Shown here: piece after piece, positions 30,949 through 45,478 of the stretch | How the letters are laid out: each line of letters begins with the position of its first letter | Numbering within the stretch: the first letter of the stretch is position 1 | Source: an uncultured Lamprocystis sp. | GTDB taxonomy: Bacteria; Pseudomonadota; Gammaproteobacteria; Chromatiales; Chromatiaceae | DNA: 64,000 nucleotides | Assembly (NCBI RefSeq): GCF_903933125.1 | Contig: NZ_CAIZIZ010000366.1 | Location: forward strand, 201-64,200 | Direction: 5' to 3' | Program-made: the position numbers and the translations under genes | Notes under the pieces: generated by a model | Told to the model about the DNA's origin: nothing | Database searches by the model: none | The model's input: the letters and a program-made list of their open reading frames with translations, nothing else

Positions 30949-31076
30949 ACAATCGTTGTCGTTGTCGTTGTCGTTGTCGTAAGCGTAATCGGATAGGCGA
31001 TTCAAGTTTGGTATGCGCAGCCCGCTGTCTTCCTCGCGGGGGATCGTCAGCTCGATTACGACAACGACAGCGACAA
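30949..31076 (+). repeat. microsatellite-armed inverted-repeat element, copy 2 (61-nt core)
   Basis: Left arm 30954-30991 = (CGTTGT)4 CGTAAG CGTAAT CG. Right arm 31053-31076 = CG ATTACG ACAACG ACAGCG ACAA. Core begins GATAGGCGATTCAAGTTTGGTATGCGCAGCCCGCTGT. Confidence 0.85.
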
Positions 31077-31190
31077 AGGTCGCGATCGATCAGACAACAA
31101 AATGATTCGATCGGAGTCCACGGCTTCAGCCTTGGCAGGTATCCCCAGGCCAAGCACCGCGCATCCCTGCGCGGCCGGATCGACCCAAGC

Positions 31191-35302
<4,112 letters not shown>

Positions 35303-35476
35303 ACTCGGTGTCGTTCTGCCCCTGGGCTTAGCTGACGTTTAATCTTGATGATCCCATAATGGCCGTTTATAGCACAGCCTGATTGCCGCGGGTTGGTTGC
35401 GTGACGTGCCCCGGCACTGGACAATTGACGGCAGTCCCGCACCACCATAGACACCGCGCCGCATACACCGAGAACC

Positions 35477-35698
35477 ATGGCCAATCCGGAATCCGTGATC
35501 AGCGACGAGCGCCGCCGCCGCCGTGTCAGCCTGGCGCGGCTGGAGGCCGATATGGCCTATTTTCAGGCGCGGCTGGAGATGATCGGCGACCCCGGGAGTA
35601 CCAACCAGATGGCCCAGCGCAAGGTCTTCAAGCTGCTGCACAAGACGATCGGGGCTAAAGTCCTGTCGGCCAAACGGGACACGACGGAGCCGCGCTGA
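35477..35698 (+). CDS. small hypothetical protein (73 aa)
   Basis: Native-like GC3-rich codon usage in the sucA/hemC divergent intergenic region. No family recognised. Confidence 0.4.
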   Translation: MANPESVISDERRRRRVSLARLEADMAYFQARLEMIGDPGSTNQMAQRKVFKLLHKTIGAKVLSAKRDTTEPR

Positions 35699-35820
35699 AT
35701 GTGCACCCTGGTGGCCGCGGTCATGAACCGCACCGGCGAGCGCCGGATCAGCGAACGCACGGATGATCTTTCGCCTTCCTGTTAGCATAGGCAGCTTCGT
35801 CGTGATTCCAGGACCCCACC

Positions 35821-36759
35821 ATGCCCGAGACCTTGCGTATCGCCACCCGAAAATCCCCCCTGGCCATGTGGCAGGCCGAGCACGTCGCCGCCGCACTGAC
35901 GGCCCTCCACCCCGGACTGCAGGTCGAGATCCTGGGCATGAGTACCAAAGGCGACCGTATCCTCGACGCACCGCTCGCCAAGGTGGGCGGCAAGGGGCTG
36001 TTCGTCAAGGAGTTGGAGCAGGGGATGCTGAGCGGTGAGGCGGATATCGCCGTGCACTCGCTCAAGGATGTCCCGGTGGAGTTCCCCGCCGGGCTGCACC
36101 TGGCGGTCATCATGGAACGGGAGGATCCGCGGGACGCTTTCGTCTCGAACCGCTTTGAGTCCCTGGACCAGTTGCCCCAGGGCGCCTGTGTCGGTACCTC
36201 CAGCTTGCGTCGCCAGTGCCAACTCGCCGAGCGCCGCCCGGATCTGCGGATCGAGCCCCTGCGCGGCAACGTCAACACCCGGCTCGCCAAGCTCGACGCG
36301 GGGGAGTATGACGCCATCATCCTGGCCGCCGCCGGACTCATCCGGCTCGGTTTCGGGTCGCGCATCCGCGGCACTATCGCACCGGCCGACAGCCTGCCGG
36401 CGATTGCCCAGGGTGCGATCGGGATCGAGTGCCGGATCGACGACCCGCGCACCAACGCCTTGATCGCTCCATTGCATCATGGGGCGACGGCCCTGCGTAT
36501 CCGTGCCGAACGGGCGATGAACGCCCGCCTGCACGGCGGCTGCCAGGTACCGATCGCCGGGCACGCGGTGCTGGACGGTGAGCGTCTGGTCCTGCAAGGC
36601 CTGGTCGGCACCACGGACGGAACACTGATCCTGCGGGCGCGGGCGGAGGGTCCGAGCGACACCGCCGAGGCGATCGGCGCCCGGGTGGCGGATGAGCTGC
36701 TGGCCCAGGGGGCGGGCGAGATCCTGAGCGCACTGCAACTCTCTACCGAGGAGTCATGA
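35821..36759 (+). CDS. hemC: hydroxymethylbilane synthase (porphobilinogen deaminase)
   Basis: [29 protein letters not shown] and [11 protein letters not shown] motifs. Confidence 0.95.
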   Translation: MPETLRIATRKSPLAMWQAEHVAAALTALHPGLQVEILGMSTKGDRILDAPLAKVGGKGLFVKELEQGMLSGEADIAVHSLKDVPVEFPAGLHLAVIMEREDPRDAFVSNRFESLDQLPQGACVGTSSLRRQCQLAERRPDLRIEPLRGNVNTRLAKLDAGEYDAIILAAAGLIRLGFGSRIRGTIAPADSLPAIAQGAIGIECRIDDPRTNALIAPLHHGATALRIRAERAMNARLHGGCQVPIAGHAVLDGERLVLQGLVGTTDGTLILRARAEGPSDTAEAIGARVADELLAQGAGEILSALQLSTEES

Positions 36760-37526
36760 GTCCGACCGGCGAACTGGCGGGAATCGGGGTCCTGGTCACC
36801 CGCCCTGCCGGACAGGCGCAGGCGTTGTGCGACTTGGTCGCCGCGGCAGGCGGGCGGCCTCTCGTGTTCCCGACGATCGAGATCCTGCCGGTCGCCGACC
36901 CGGAGCCCGCGCGCGCCCTGCTGGCCGCGGACTGGAACCTGATGGTCTTCACCAGCCGCAACGCGGTGGAATTCGCGTTGGCGCTGGGGTGCGCCGGGGC
37001 TTGGCCGCGTGTCGCCCGGCTCGCCGCGGTGGGACGGGCCACGGCCGTCGCCCTGACGGCGGCCGGGCGGGCGCCCGACCTGGTACCGCCCGAGCGCTAC
37101 GACAGTGAATCCCTGACCGCGCTGCCCGAGCTGGCGGCAATGGCGGGTCGCCGGGCGCTGATCGTGCGCGGTGAAGGTGGCCGCGCGCTCCTCGGGGACG
37201 TGCTGACCGAGCGCGGGGCGCAGGTCGCATTCGCGGAGGTCTACCGGCGGGTACGGCCCACGCGCGATGCGCGGCCGTTGATCGCGTGCTGGCGCGCCGA
37301 ATTGGGCCTGGTGATTGCCACGAGTGACGAGGTCCTGCTCAATCTGGCCGACATCCTGGGCGCTGCCGGCCGCGAATTACTGCTTGCGACCCCGCTGGTC
37401 GTGATCAGCGAGCGCACTGCACGGACGGCGCGGGAACTGGGTTTTCGGACGGTGCGTGTGGCCGAGCGCGCGGACGACCCGGCGATCCTCAAGGCGTTGA
37501 TCGCGTTGACCAAGGGCACGCCGTGA
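36756..37526 (+). CDS. hemD: uroporphyrinogen-III synthase
   Basis: Overlaps the hemC stop (ATGA). HemD-like length and LVTRP...FTSRNAV pattern. Confidence 0.85.
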   Translation: MSPTGELAGIGVLVTRPAGQAQALCDLVAAAGGRPLVFPTIEILPVADPEPARALLAADWNLMVFTSRNAVEFALALGCAGAWPRVARLAAVGRATAVALTAAGRAPDLVPPERYDSESLTALPELAAMAGRRALIVRGEGGRALLGDVLTERGAQVAFAEVYRRVRPTRDARPLIACWRAELGLVIATSDEVLLNLADILGAAGRELLLATPLVVISERTARTARELGFRTVRVAERADDPAILKALIALTKGTP

Positions 37527-37580
37527 CTGCTGCATGGTCGTGGCTTGGCCGGGCGGGGTAAACGGTCACCGGTGCGAGAA

Positions 37581-37657
37581 TGGTGCCCTCGGCGGGAGTT
37601 GAACCCACGACCTATCGCTTAGGAGGCGATTGCTCTATCCAACTGAGCTACGAGGGC
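37581..37657 (-). tRNA. tRNA-Arg (anticodon CCT)
   Basis: Reverse complement GCCCTCGTAGCTCAGTTGGATAGAGCAATCGCCTCCTAAGCGATAGGTCGTGGGTTCAACTCCCGCCGAGGGCACCA folds as a cloverleaf. 7-bp acceptor, anticodon loop CTCCTAA, encoded CCA. Confidence 0.9.
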
Positions 37658-37926
37658 AAGCGTGCAGATGATCGACCCAGGCTCCAGGTTGACCACCCGA
37701 CCTAGTGTAACCGAGCTGCCGCGGCAGGGCACCAGCGGGATGACAAAGGCGCGCAGCCCGTGCCCACGATCGTCCGCGGCCAAGTCTCATGGCGGCGTGG
37801 TTGTCGGCTCTTTGCTGCAAACAGGCCTGCCGCCCGCTTATGCTTCTGGTCGTTGAGGATTTACACTTGAAATGCGTAAGGACGATCGTCGGATTCGTCC
37901 CAGACCCTCCGGACCCGAGGAACACC

Positions 37927-38340
37927 ATGACAGCCGTCGCGTATCTCAAGCTCTATCTACTGACAGTGCCGGTCTTCTTCGCCGTGGATCTGCTGTGGCT
38001 GGGCGTGCTCGCCAGGGATTTTTACCGCGACAGCCTGGGCCACCTGCTAAGCCCAGCCGTGTACTGGCCCGCCGCCATCGTCTTTTATCTGTTGTACATC
38101 CTCGGTATCCTCTACTTTGCCGTGGCCCCGGCCCTGGCTCAGGGTTCCCTGTGGCGGGCGATCATCAACGGGCTCTTGTTCGGCTTCTTTACCTACATGA
38201 CCTACGAGCTGACCAATCTGGCGACCCTACCCGATTGGCCGATGAAGGTCGTCCTGGTCGACACTGCCTGGGGCATGGCGCTGTGTACAAGCGTGGCTGG
38301 ATTGAGCTACGGTATCGGGCGGTGGCTCCAGAATGCGTGA
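37927..38340 (+). CDS. DUF2177 family membrane protein
   Basis: VPVFFAVDLLWLGVLARDFY...FGFFTYMTYELTNLATL...DTAWG pattern. Four hydrophobic segments. Confidence 0.7.
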   Translation: MTAVAYLKLYLLTVPVFFAVDLLWLGVLARDFYRDSLGHLLSPAVYWPAAIVFYLLYILGILYFAVAPALAQGSLWRAIINGLLFGFFTYMTYELTNLATLPDWPMKVVLVDTAWGMALCTSVAGLSYGIGRWLQNA

Positions 38341-38438
38341 CCCTCAGTATCGAAAACAGCGCGAGGACCGGGGCGGATTCGCCCGGACCAGAGCGCGAAG
38401 CAATTGCTCGTCAGACTTGTACACGCGGAGCTAGTGTC

Positions 38439-39509
38439 ATGCCGAATACCCCAGGAACGGGCAACCTCAACGATCCCTTCGCCCCGGACTTGCCGCGCGA
38501 ACAGCGGCTGCGCGCCCTGGAATCGGTCGACGCCGAAGCAGAATCGGACCAGGCGTACGCGACCCGTCTGCAGGCCCTCGCCGCCGAGTTTGCCGCCCAT
38601 CGGATACTGATGCGCGATCAGGAGAAGGCGCTGGTTGAGCGCATCGCCGATGTCGATGATGACCGCCGCCTCGCCATCATCCACCTCCAGCGCGCCTGGC
38701 AGACTCAACGCGACGAACTGGCCGGCAAGCTGCGTCGCCCGGGTTGGCTTGCCGCAGCGGCCCTGATGCTGGTGCTGGCCCTCGGCGGCGGTTTGATCGC
38801 CCTCTATTTCGATGTGAGGGCCTCGCGAGCCACCCTGACGGCAGCCATCGAACGGCTCACGGCGGAACAGCAGCGCCTCGCCGCCGCGTTGGCCGCGCGC
38901 GGGCAATCGCTCCATCCCGTGCCGCTCGGGACCAGGACCGGGCCGGAGCCCACTGGAACGGAACCCGCTACCAGCATCGGGATCGCGGTGCCGACGCCAT
39001 CCGAGAGACCGATCGGTGAGGCGACTGCGACGGAGGCGGATCCAGGTGAGGCGCCCGCGACGACGCCGGACGCCCCGCCGCCTGCTGACCCAGCGCCCGC
39101 TCCAATGGTCGGCGCGCAGTCAGAGGACGCCGCCGCGACCGCGACGGAGGCGGATCCGACCCCCTTTGCCATTGCCGCGCCGACGTCGGCGCAGGACCCC
39201 GAGCCAGAAGAGACCTTCCGGGTCACCGACCGTCCATTCGCCCTACAACTCGTCGGCTCCCACCAGCGGGAAAGGCTCTTGGAACTGGCGGCTAATCAGG
39301 CTTTGCCACAATACGTTTATCTGCACCAGGAGACCCGGCGCGGACGTCCCTGGTTCGTGCTGATCCACAGCCTTTACAGCAACATCGAGGACGCCCAGGC
39401 GGCGCTCGCGCGGCTCCCGCCGGGATTGCGCAAGCCGCTACCCTGGGTGCGTGCCTTACCTGCGGAAACCACTCTCGATCGCATCGCCACAGGGAGCTCC
39501 GCAGGATGA
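38439..39509 (+). CDS. SPOR-domain protein (DamX-like): coiled coil, TM helix, Ala/Pro/Thr-rich linker, C-terminal SPOR
   Basis: C-terminus FALQLVGSHQRERLLELA...PWFVLIHSLYSNIEDAQAALARLP is SPOR-like. Start set at ATG 38439 inside the longer listed ORF. Confidence 0.7.
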   Translation: MPNTPGTGNLNDPFAPDLPREQRLRALESVDAEAESDQAYATRLQALAAEFAAHRILMRDQEKALVERIADVDDDRRLAIIHLQRAWQTQRDELAGKLRRPGWLAAAALMLVLALGGGLIALYFDVRASRATLTAAIERLTAEQQRLAAALAARGQSLHPVPLGTRTGPEPTGTEPATSIGIAVPTPSERPIGEATATEADPGEAPATTPDAPPPADPAPAPMVGAQSEDAAATATEADPTPFAIAAPTSAQDPEPEETFRVTDRPFALQLVGSHQRERLLELAANQALPQYVYLHQETRRGRPWFVLIHSLYSNIEDAQAALARLPPGLRKPLPWVRALPAETTLDRIATGSSAG

Positions 39510-39650
39510 GCCGATCGGCTCGTAGCGCATCCGCCAGCGGCCGTCGCGCGCCCCCACCGACCGCGGCGACCGCCGGGCGCGACAGTGATGAACGCCTGAC
39601 TGATCGGCAGCTTTGGTGCCGGACGGAAGCCCGTTTGGGCCGGTAGCGAC

Positions 39651-40965
39651 ATGCCGACCGGGCGACTGGCGTCCACCATTGACAGCCGCTTCATTCCAGC
39701 GCTGCCATTGGTGCTCGTCACGACTCTCATCATTCTGAATTTTCAAATTTTTTTCGTAGGCTTCATCGCTTCGGACGACGGCATCTACGTGGCTGCCGCG
39801 CGTGCCTGGTCGTTTCCGGTCAACGCGTTGCCGACTAACCACTGGGGTTTTCGTTATCCCGCTTTGTGGCCGATTGCCGCGCTTGAACACCTGGTCGTCA
39901 GTCCGCCGCCAATCGCCTATGCGCTGTTGCCGCTCGCGTTCTCGATCGCCCTCGGCAGCGCGGTGGTCTGGTTCGTGGGGGCCAACATCGGTGGCCGGGG
40001 TGCACTTGCCGCGGCGTTGCTGTTGTCGACCATGCCGCTCGCCGTCGTCCAGTCGAGCATCATCAACGTCGATGTCATCGAAACGCTGTTCCTGTTTCTG
40101 TCGCTCGCCTGGTTCGTCTCGGCTGCACGCGCGTCCACGGCACGTCGGGCGGGTTGGCTGTTCTTCAGCGGTCTCGCCTTGGGCGGAGCGTTGCTGACGC
40201 GGGAGACGGCCTACGGCTTCCTGATCGTTTATGGGTTGTTGTGGCTCTCCGGCGCCTGGTTCCCACGCAAGTACTATCTTTGGGTCCTGGTCGGCGCGCT
40301 GTTGGTGATCGGTGCCGAGATGGGTTATTACGCTGCACACGAAGAGTCTCCGTTGTATCGGTTTTTTACCATCGCCGACTCACACGGCACCCTCCATCTG
40401 TCCACTGCCGATTTTTCATCCGGCACGGGCAATGCCAGCGATAACCGGTGGCTGGCCCCGATGGCCGCGCTGCTGCTCAATCAAGAGTTCACGCTGTTGT
40501 TCTACGCCGCGCCCCTGGCCCTGCTGGCTCCGCTTTGAGAGCCGCTCCACCGCAACCGACGGGCGCATCTTGCGCGTGTTTCTTTTTGCTGCACTCGTCT
40601 ATTTCGTCTGGCTTGGCTATGGTGGCGCCATCCGCCCGTTACCGCGCTATTTTCTGTTCCTGGCGGTCGTGGCGGTGATCCCGATTTCGCTCCTGATGCA
40701 ACGGACACGGTTCCCGGGCAGCGCGATGCTCGCGGTCGCCGGGCTGGTGGCCGCCAATTACCTGGCGCTGACGGTCGAGAACATCCATCCGCGATTCGCG
40801 GCAAACCAGGTTGCGTTATTAGCCGATACCGCGGATCAACCTATTGTTACCGATCCTGAAACCGCCTCGCGGGCGCGCCAGATCGCACGCTTCCGGCGCA
40901 GCGCGAACCAAGGTCTCATTACCACCCGCGGCGCCGCCGTTCATGGTCGTGTCGATCGCGGGTGA
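39651..40965 (+). pseudogene. GT-C (ArnT/PMT-like, GT39/83) membrane glycosyltransferase split by a +1 frameshift near 40520-40545
   Basis: ORF 39651-40538 is multi-TM with DDGIYVAAAR/HWGFRYP-type N-terminus. A hydrophobic continuation (RILRVFLFAALVYFVWLGYGG...) is readable only in the frame of ORF 40312-40965. Confidence 0.6.
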
Positions 40966-41422
40966 CCGCAACCCCGATGCGGTGCCACTCAACCAGGGCA
41001 CCGCTGGCGGCGTTGCTGTGTCACGACTGGTTCAGGAGATCGAACCCCCTAAGCTGCTTATCGGCCGTCTCCTGGATCTGACCGGCCTGGCGACACTCCT
41101 GACACCATCGCAGTATCGATGGCTCGCGGTCAGAAACCCCCCGGTGCTCGTGTTTCAGATCGATGCAAAGCCTTAGTGAACCATCGCCTACCTGGGATCT
41201 TGATCCAGGCGTTGCCGGGCCAGGTGACCTATGCGCCTGGCTTCCCGCCGCCCTGCCCGCCGATTGCGACACCCCGTGTCGTCGGGCCGAGGTCTTGAGC
41301 ATCAGTGAGGGCCTACCAGCGGTCCCTGCAGAATCGTCAGAGTTATCGTCAATGTCCCCGTCACGATCGACTGACGATGGGAGCAGACTCTGACCGTATA
41401 CCCTCAAGTTGACCCGGCCTGG

Positions 41423-42721
41423 GTGCGCGTGTTGCCTGGACGCCTGCGAACCAGGCTAAGGGGCCGCAGCACGTTGTTCGCGGTCATTCATAACTCAACT
41501 TGGCTGATCTTCGACCGGGGTATCCGACTGATAATGGGGCTGGTGGTCGGCGCTTGGGTTGCCCGCTATCTCGGACCTGAACATTTTGGTGAGCTTGCCT
41601 ACATCCTTGCTTGGATCGCCTTGCTCCAGGCAGTCGCCGGCCTGGGGATGGACGGGATTGTTGTCCGCGACATTGCCCGCAACCCGGCACACGCCGGACA
41701 GCTACTTGGAACCGCTCTTATCCTGCGACTGACCGCCGGCACGCTCTGCTGGATTGCCGCCATCAGCGGCATGGCATTGCTCTATGGTGGAGCCGACCAA
41801 CGCGTGCTGCTCATCGCCCTTGCGGGCGCCGCACTCATATTCCAGTGCGCTGACACCATCGACCTCTGGTTTCAGAGTCAAAGCCAGAGCCGCCGGACGG
41901 TGATCGCAAAACTCATTGCCTATTCCTTGTCCAACGGGATAAAAGTGCTGCTGATCCTGTTGCACGCACCGCTCGTCGCCTTTGCCGCGGTCATGGCGCT
42001 GGATGCCCTGGTCGCCGCCGTTGCTTTGATTGTTGCCTACCATCAATTCCCCTGTCGGGGTTCCTGGCAGCCACTCCTGGCGCGCGCACGTGCGCTGACC
42101 AAGGAATCCTGGCCCTTTATTATCAGCGGGGTAGCGATCATGATTTATACAAGAATTGATCAAATCATGATTGTGGCCTTGCTTGACAACAAGTCTTTGG
42201 GGTATTACGCTGCCGCGATTCCGCTCGGACAGCTACTCAACGTTATCCCATACATACTGGCGATCAGCTTGCAACCCCTTGCAGCGACTCTCGCCCATCA
42301 GTGCAGCGCCAAACACGACGAATTTTTCGTTGCCATTTTCCGGCTCTACATGGTGCTCGGACTCATCGCTGCGATTGCGACCTTTGCCGCCTCAGCGTCC
42401 ATCGTTATCATGCTGTACGGCAGCGCCTATCACGCGACCTCTACGGTATTATCGATTATCGGTTTCGCTTACCTCTTCAGCTTTCTCGGTATCGCACAAG
42501 GTCTGTGGGTCACCCAACGGCGTTCGAAAAAAATCGTCATTATCTCAACGTTGAGCGGAGCGTTTCTTGTCGTCATCGGAAACTATCTCCTCATCCCGAT
42601 ATTTAACATTGCCGGCGCTGCGGCGGCCTCAGTGATCGCGCAAGCTGTATCGGTATCAGTGATTCCTCTGATTGTTGAGCGGGACCTCAGGCTATTGTAT
42701 CGGAAGGCGCTCAAGCCATGA
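41423..42721 (+). CDS. wzx: polysaccharide/oligosaccharide flippase (Wzx, MOP superfamily)
   Basis: 432 aa with about 12 hydrophobic segments. N-terminal NSTWLIFDRGIRLIMGLVVGAWVARYLGPEHFG is typical of Wzx-like flippases. Confidence 0.75.
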   Translation: MRVLPGRLRTRLRGRSTLFAVIHNSTWLIFDRGIRLIMGLVVGAWVARYLGPEHFGELAYILAWIALLQAVAGLGMDGIVVRDIARNPAHAGQLLGTALILRLTAGTLCWIAAISGMALLYGGADQRVLLIALAGAALIFQCADTIDLWFQSQSQSRRTVIAKLIAYSLSNGIKVLLILLHAPLVAFAAVMALDALVAAVALIVAYHQFPCRGSWQPLLARARALTKESWPFIISGVAIMIYTRIDQIMIVALLDNKSLGYYAAAIPLGQLLNVIPYILAISLQPLAATLAHQCSAKHDEFFVAIFRLYMVLGLIAAIATFAASASIVIMLYGSAYHATSTVLSIIGFAYLFSFLGIAQGLWVTQRRSKKIVIISTLSGAFLVVIGNYLLIPIFNIAGAAAASVIAQAVSVSVIPLIVERDLRLLYRKALKP

Positions 42722-43491
42722 ATTGTCCAATCTGCAACACCGGCGTACTGACGGCATCCGCACTGCCCGCCTATCTCCGTTGTACCAATTGCCTGTGCAA
42801 TATCGCAGGCGATATGAATCCACGGCCACCGGAGCAATACGATGAAGTGGAGTGGTATGGCCCACGATGGGAGTTCGGGCTTGCCGTAAAGCGCCTCGCC
42901 GGGATCAACTCGATCGTCGAGTTGGGCTGCGGCGAAGGTTTTTTCGCGGCAGCGATCATCCGACCTGGATTGAAATACATCGGCGTTGATTTCAACACCC
43001 GCGCAATCGCGACCGCCAGGCAGCGCATCCCGGAATCCAATGTCTGCTTCACTGCATCGCTGCAAGCAGTCGCTCAACCGGGCGACGCGCTGGTCGCATT
43101 TCACGTGCTTGAACATATCCCGAACCTGCGGGAGGCTCTGCTTGAAATCTTGCGGCACAGCAACCCACGTATTATCATCATTTCGGTACCCAGTCCCCAC
43201 CGAGTGCTCGTGAAATATTCTCTTCGTGAATCCTGGGACCAACCACCGCATCATCTTTATCATTTCACCCAATCCGGACTCGCTATTTTGTTCCGTTCGC
43301 TGAATTATTCACTGACCAACACGGAGTTCGAGCCGCTGCGCAACGATGAGGTAAATACGTTACTCGAAAATAAGATACGAATTCCCAAGTATGCCCGCAA
43401 GGTCTTGAGCAGCGCTTTTTCTTTAGTCCCCCGATCAATGCGGCCAAAGATCGGCCAGGCGATGATGATGACATTTACGAGGGGCCGATGA
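42718..43491 (+). CDS. class I SAM-dependent methyltransferase with N-terminal Cys4 motif
   Basis: CPICN...CTNC followed by the VELGCGEGFF SAM-binding motif. Start overlaps the wzx stop. Confidence 0.7.
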   Translation: MNCPICNTGVLTASALPAYLRCTNCLCNIAGDMNPRPPEQYDEVEWYGPRWEFGLAVKRLAGINSIVELGCGEGFFAAAIIRPGLKYIGVDFNTRAIATARQRIPESNVCFTASLQAVAQPGDALVAFHVLEHIPNLREALLEILRHSNPRIIIISVPSPHRVLVKYSLRESWDQPPHHLYHFTQSGLAILFRSLNYSLTNTEFEPLRNDEVNTLLENKIRIPKYARKVLSSAFSLVPRSMRPKIGQAMMMTFTRGR

Positions 43492-44396
43492 TAAAGAAGG
43501 TCATAATAAACAACTTCAACTACGCGACCTACCTTCCGGAATGCATCGAGTCCGCGCTCAACCAAACGCTCCGCCTGGATCAGCTTATTATTATTGATGA
43601 CGGATCGACCGATCGCTCGCGCGAGATTATTGCGGGATACGCACTTTCCGATCACCGGATTATTTCGGTTTTTAAGGATAACGGCGGACAACTCTCATGC
43701 TTCAATGCGGCCGCCGCCTATATTACGGAAGACGATCTCGTATTTTTTCTGGATGCCGATGATGTCTATCCGCTCGACTATGTCGAAAATATGCTGAAGT
43801 CTGCGCCCTACATTGATGTTGCATTCTGCAATGCCGCCGAGTTTTATCAAGGCCGTACCGCGCCTATCAGCACCGCTGTCATCAACAACAAGCAAGCCAT
43901 TGCGATCCTTCAGTCGTCCCATGTGACGCGCGCAACCCGCTGCTGGATCGGCAGCCCGACGTCAGCGATGGTCATGAGCGGGTCGCGTTACCGGCAAGTG
44001 TTTCCCTGTCCGCTGGAGCCTGACTGGATCACCAGAGCTGATGACGTCATCGTTTATACCTCGTCATTGTTCGGAGCAGAGAAGCTCTATATTCAATCCC
44101 TGGGGATTGCTTATCGGGTCCACGGTAAGAATCGTTTCTTTGGTTTACCGCAACAAAAGACAGCGCAGATGTCGCGGAACCTGAAAATCGAAAGGTTATT
44201 CTGTTGGGCCTGTCAGCAGCGATTCATCCCCGCACGCGCAACCATACTAATTGCGCTCGATGAAGTCACAGCCATCCCTTGCTCGATGCGCAGCCGTTTT
44301 TTTGTGCCACACCCGGCCCTCATCGCGCTTCAACCGCTGATCGACTTTTTTCGCATACTTAAGCGGCTTTTGACAATGGCAAGGGCGACTCAATGA
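43488..44396 (+). CDS. glycosyltransferase family 2
   Basis: VIINNFNYATYLPECIESALNQT...IIIDDGSTDRS and LDADD motifs. Confidence 0.8.
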   Translation: MIKKVIINNFNYATYLPECIESALNQTLRLDQLIIIDDGSTDRSREIIAGYALSDHRIISVFKDNGGQLSCFNAAAAYITEDDLVFFLDADDVYPLDYVENMLKSAPYIDVAFCNAAEFYQGRTAPISTAVINNKQAIAILQSSHVTRATRCWIGSPTSAMVMSGSRYRQVFPCPLEPDWITRADDVIVYTSSLFGAEKLYIQSLGIAYRVHGKNRFFGLPQQKTAQMSRNLKIERLFCWACQQRFIPARATILIALDEVTAIPCSMRSRFFVPHPALIALQPLIDFFRILKRLLTMARATQ

Positions 44397-45358
44397 GAAG
44401 CTCCGTTCTGTTCCTGGTCTTCAATCGACCCGACACAACAGCGTTGGTATTTGACGCGATTCGCGCCGCCCGCCCGCCGCGCTTATACATCGCAGCCGAC
44501 GGACCCCGCATCGATCGGCATGACGAACCATTTCAATGTGAACAGGTTCGCCGCATTGCAACAGCGATCGAATGGCCCTGTGAATGTCATATGCTGTTTC
44601 GCGACCGGAACCTTGGCTGCAAGATCGGTGTATCGGAAGCGATCAACTGGTTTTTTGCGAACGAAGAAGAAGGCATCATCCTCGAAGATGACGTTGTTCC
44701 GCTTCCCGGGTTCTTTCCGTATTGTGACGAACTACTCGAGAGATACCGCATGGACCATCGCCTCGCCATGATCAGCGGCACCAATTCCATATCTCACCGC
44801 TTTACTTCATCCGCCAGTTATTATTTTTCCCGTCATGTCCAGATCTGGGGTTGGGCAACTTGGCGCCGCGCCTGGGCGCGGTACGATGTTACGATGCAAG
44901 CCTGGCCAGCATGGAAGGAGCAGCGCGGGCTTCAGTCTCTTGCCCATGGCAGAGTCTTTGAGTACTATTGGCGCGACCGGTTCGACCGCACGTTCAATGG
45001 CGAGATCGACACCTGGGATTATCAATGGACATTCGCGTGCTGGTATCATGACATGCTGGCAGCCGTGCCGGCCTGCAACCAAACACTGAACGTCGGTTTC
45101 CGTCAGGATGCCACGCACACGAATACCAATATCCCGCTGTACGTTCAACGGTCTATCCCCCAACCGCTGCGCTTTCCCTTGCTACACCCGACTCATATTG
45201 AAGTGACACCGGAAGCGGACTTACTTGTCAATACAGAAGTTTTGGGTTTGACGGTGATATCGGAGGTGCTGCGGCGATTAGGTGAGATCCCTGTTCTCGG
45301 CCAGATGGTGCGGCGCCTGAAGTCCGGCTTCTCTTATATCTCGGCACGTACGAAATAA
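44393..45358 (+). CDS. nucleotide-diphospho-sugar transferase (GT2-like, HlpA-like)
   Basis: LFLVFNRPDTT...LYIAADGPR...GIILEDDVVP pattern seen in this GT-A-fold group. Confidence 0.6.
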   Translation: MRSSVLFLVFNRPDTTALVFDAIRAARPPRLYIAADGPRIDRHDEPFQCEQVRRIATAIEWPCECHMLFRDRNLGCKIGVSEAINWFFANEEEGIILEDDVVPLPGFFPYCDELLERYRMDHRLAMISGTNSISHRFTSSASYYFSRHVQIWGWATWRRAWARYDVTMQAWPAWKEQRGLQSLAHGRVFEYYWRDRFDRTFNGEIDTWDYQWTFACWYHDMLAAVPACNQTLNVGFRQDATHTNTNIPLYVQRSIPQPLRFPLLHPTHIEVTPEADLLVNTEVLGLTVISEVLRRLGEIPVLGQMVRRLKSGFSYISARTK

Positions 45359-45478
45359 TGTCTGAAAGGTGATAAAAGCATTGCAGAGCATTCGGTTGGA
45401 GCTTTCTTATTTTTTGCAAAAAGCGAGCCACGATCGGACCGTTGGCCCCGCTTGTATCAAAGAATCGCAGGTCCGCTG

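Noticed and set aside
30992-31030. Possible sigma-54 (-24/-12) promoter in the conserved core (TGGTATGCGCAGC)
   Set aside because: The GG-to-GC spacing does not fit the TGGCAC-N5-TTGC consensus, and copy 1 lacks the TGG.
35748-36738. 235-aa and 318-aa minus-strand ORFs
   Set aside because: They are antisense to hemC and have no motifs.
37581-39600. tRNA-Arg as the integration site for the downstream glycan island
   Set aside because: The tRNA 3' end faces hemD, not the island. DUF2177 and SPOR genes of native GC lie between the tRNA and the island. No integrase or direct repeat of the tRNA 3' end was seen.
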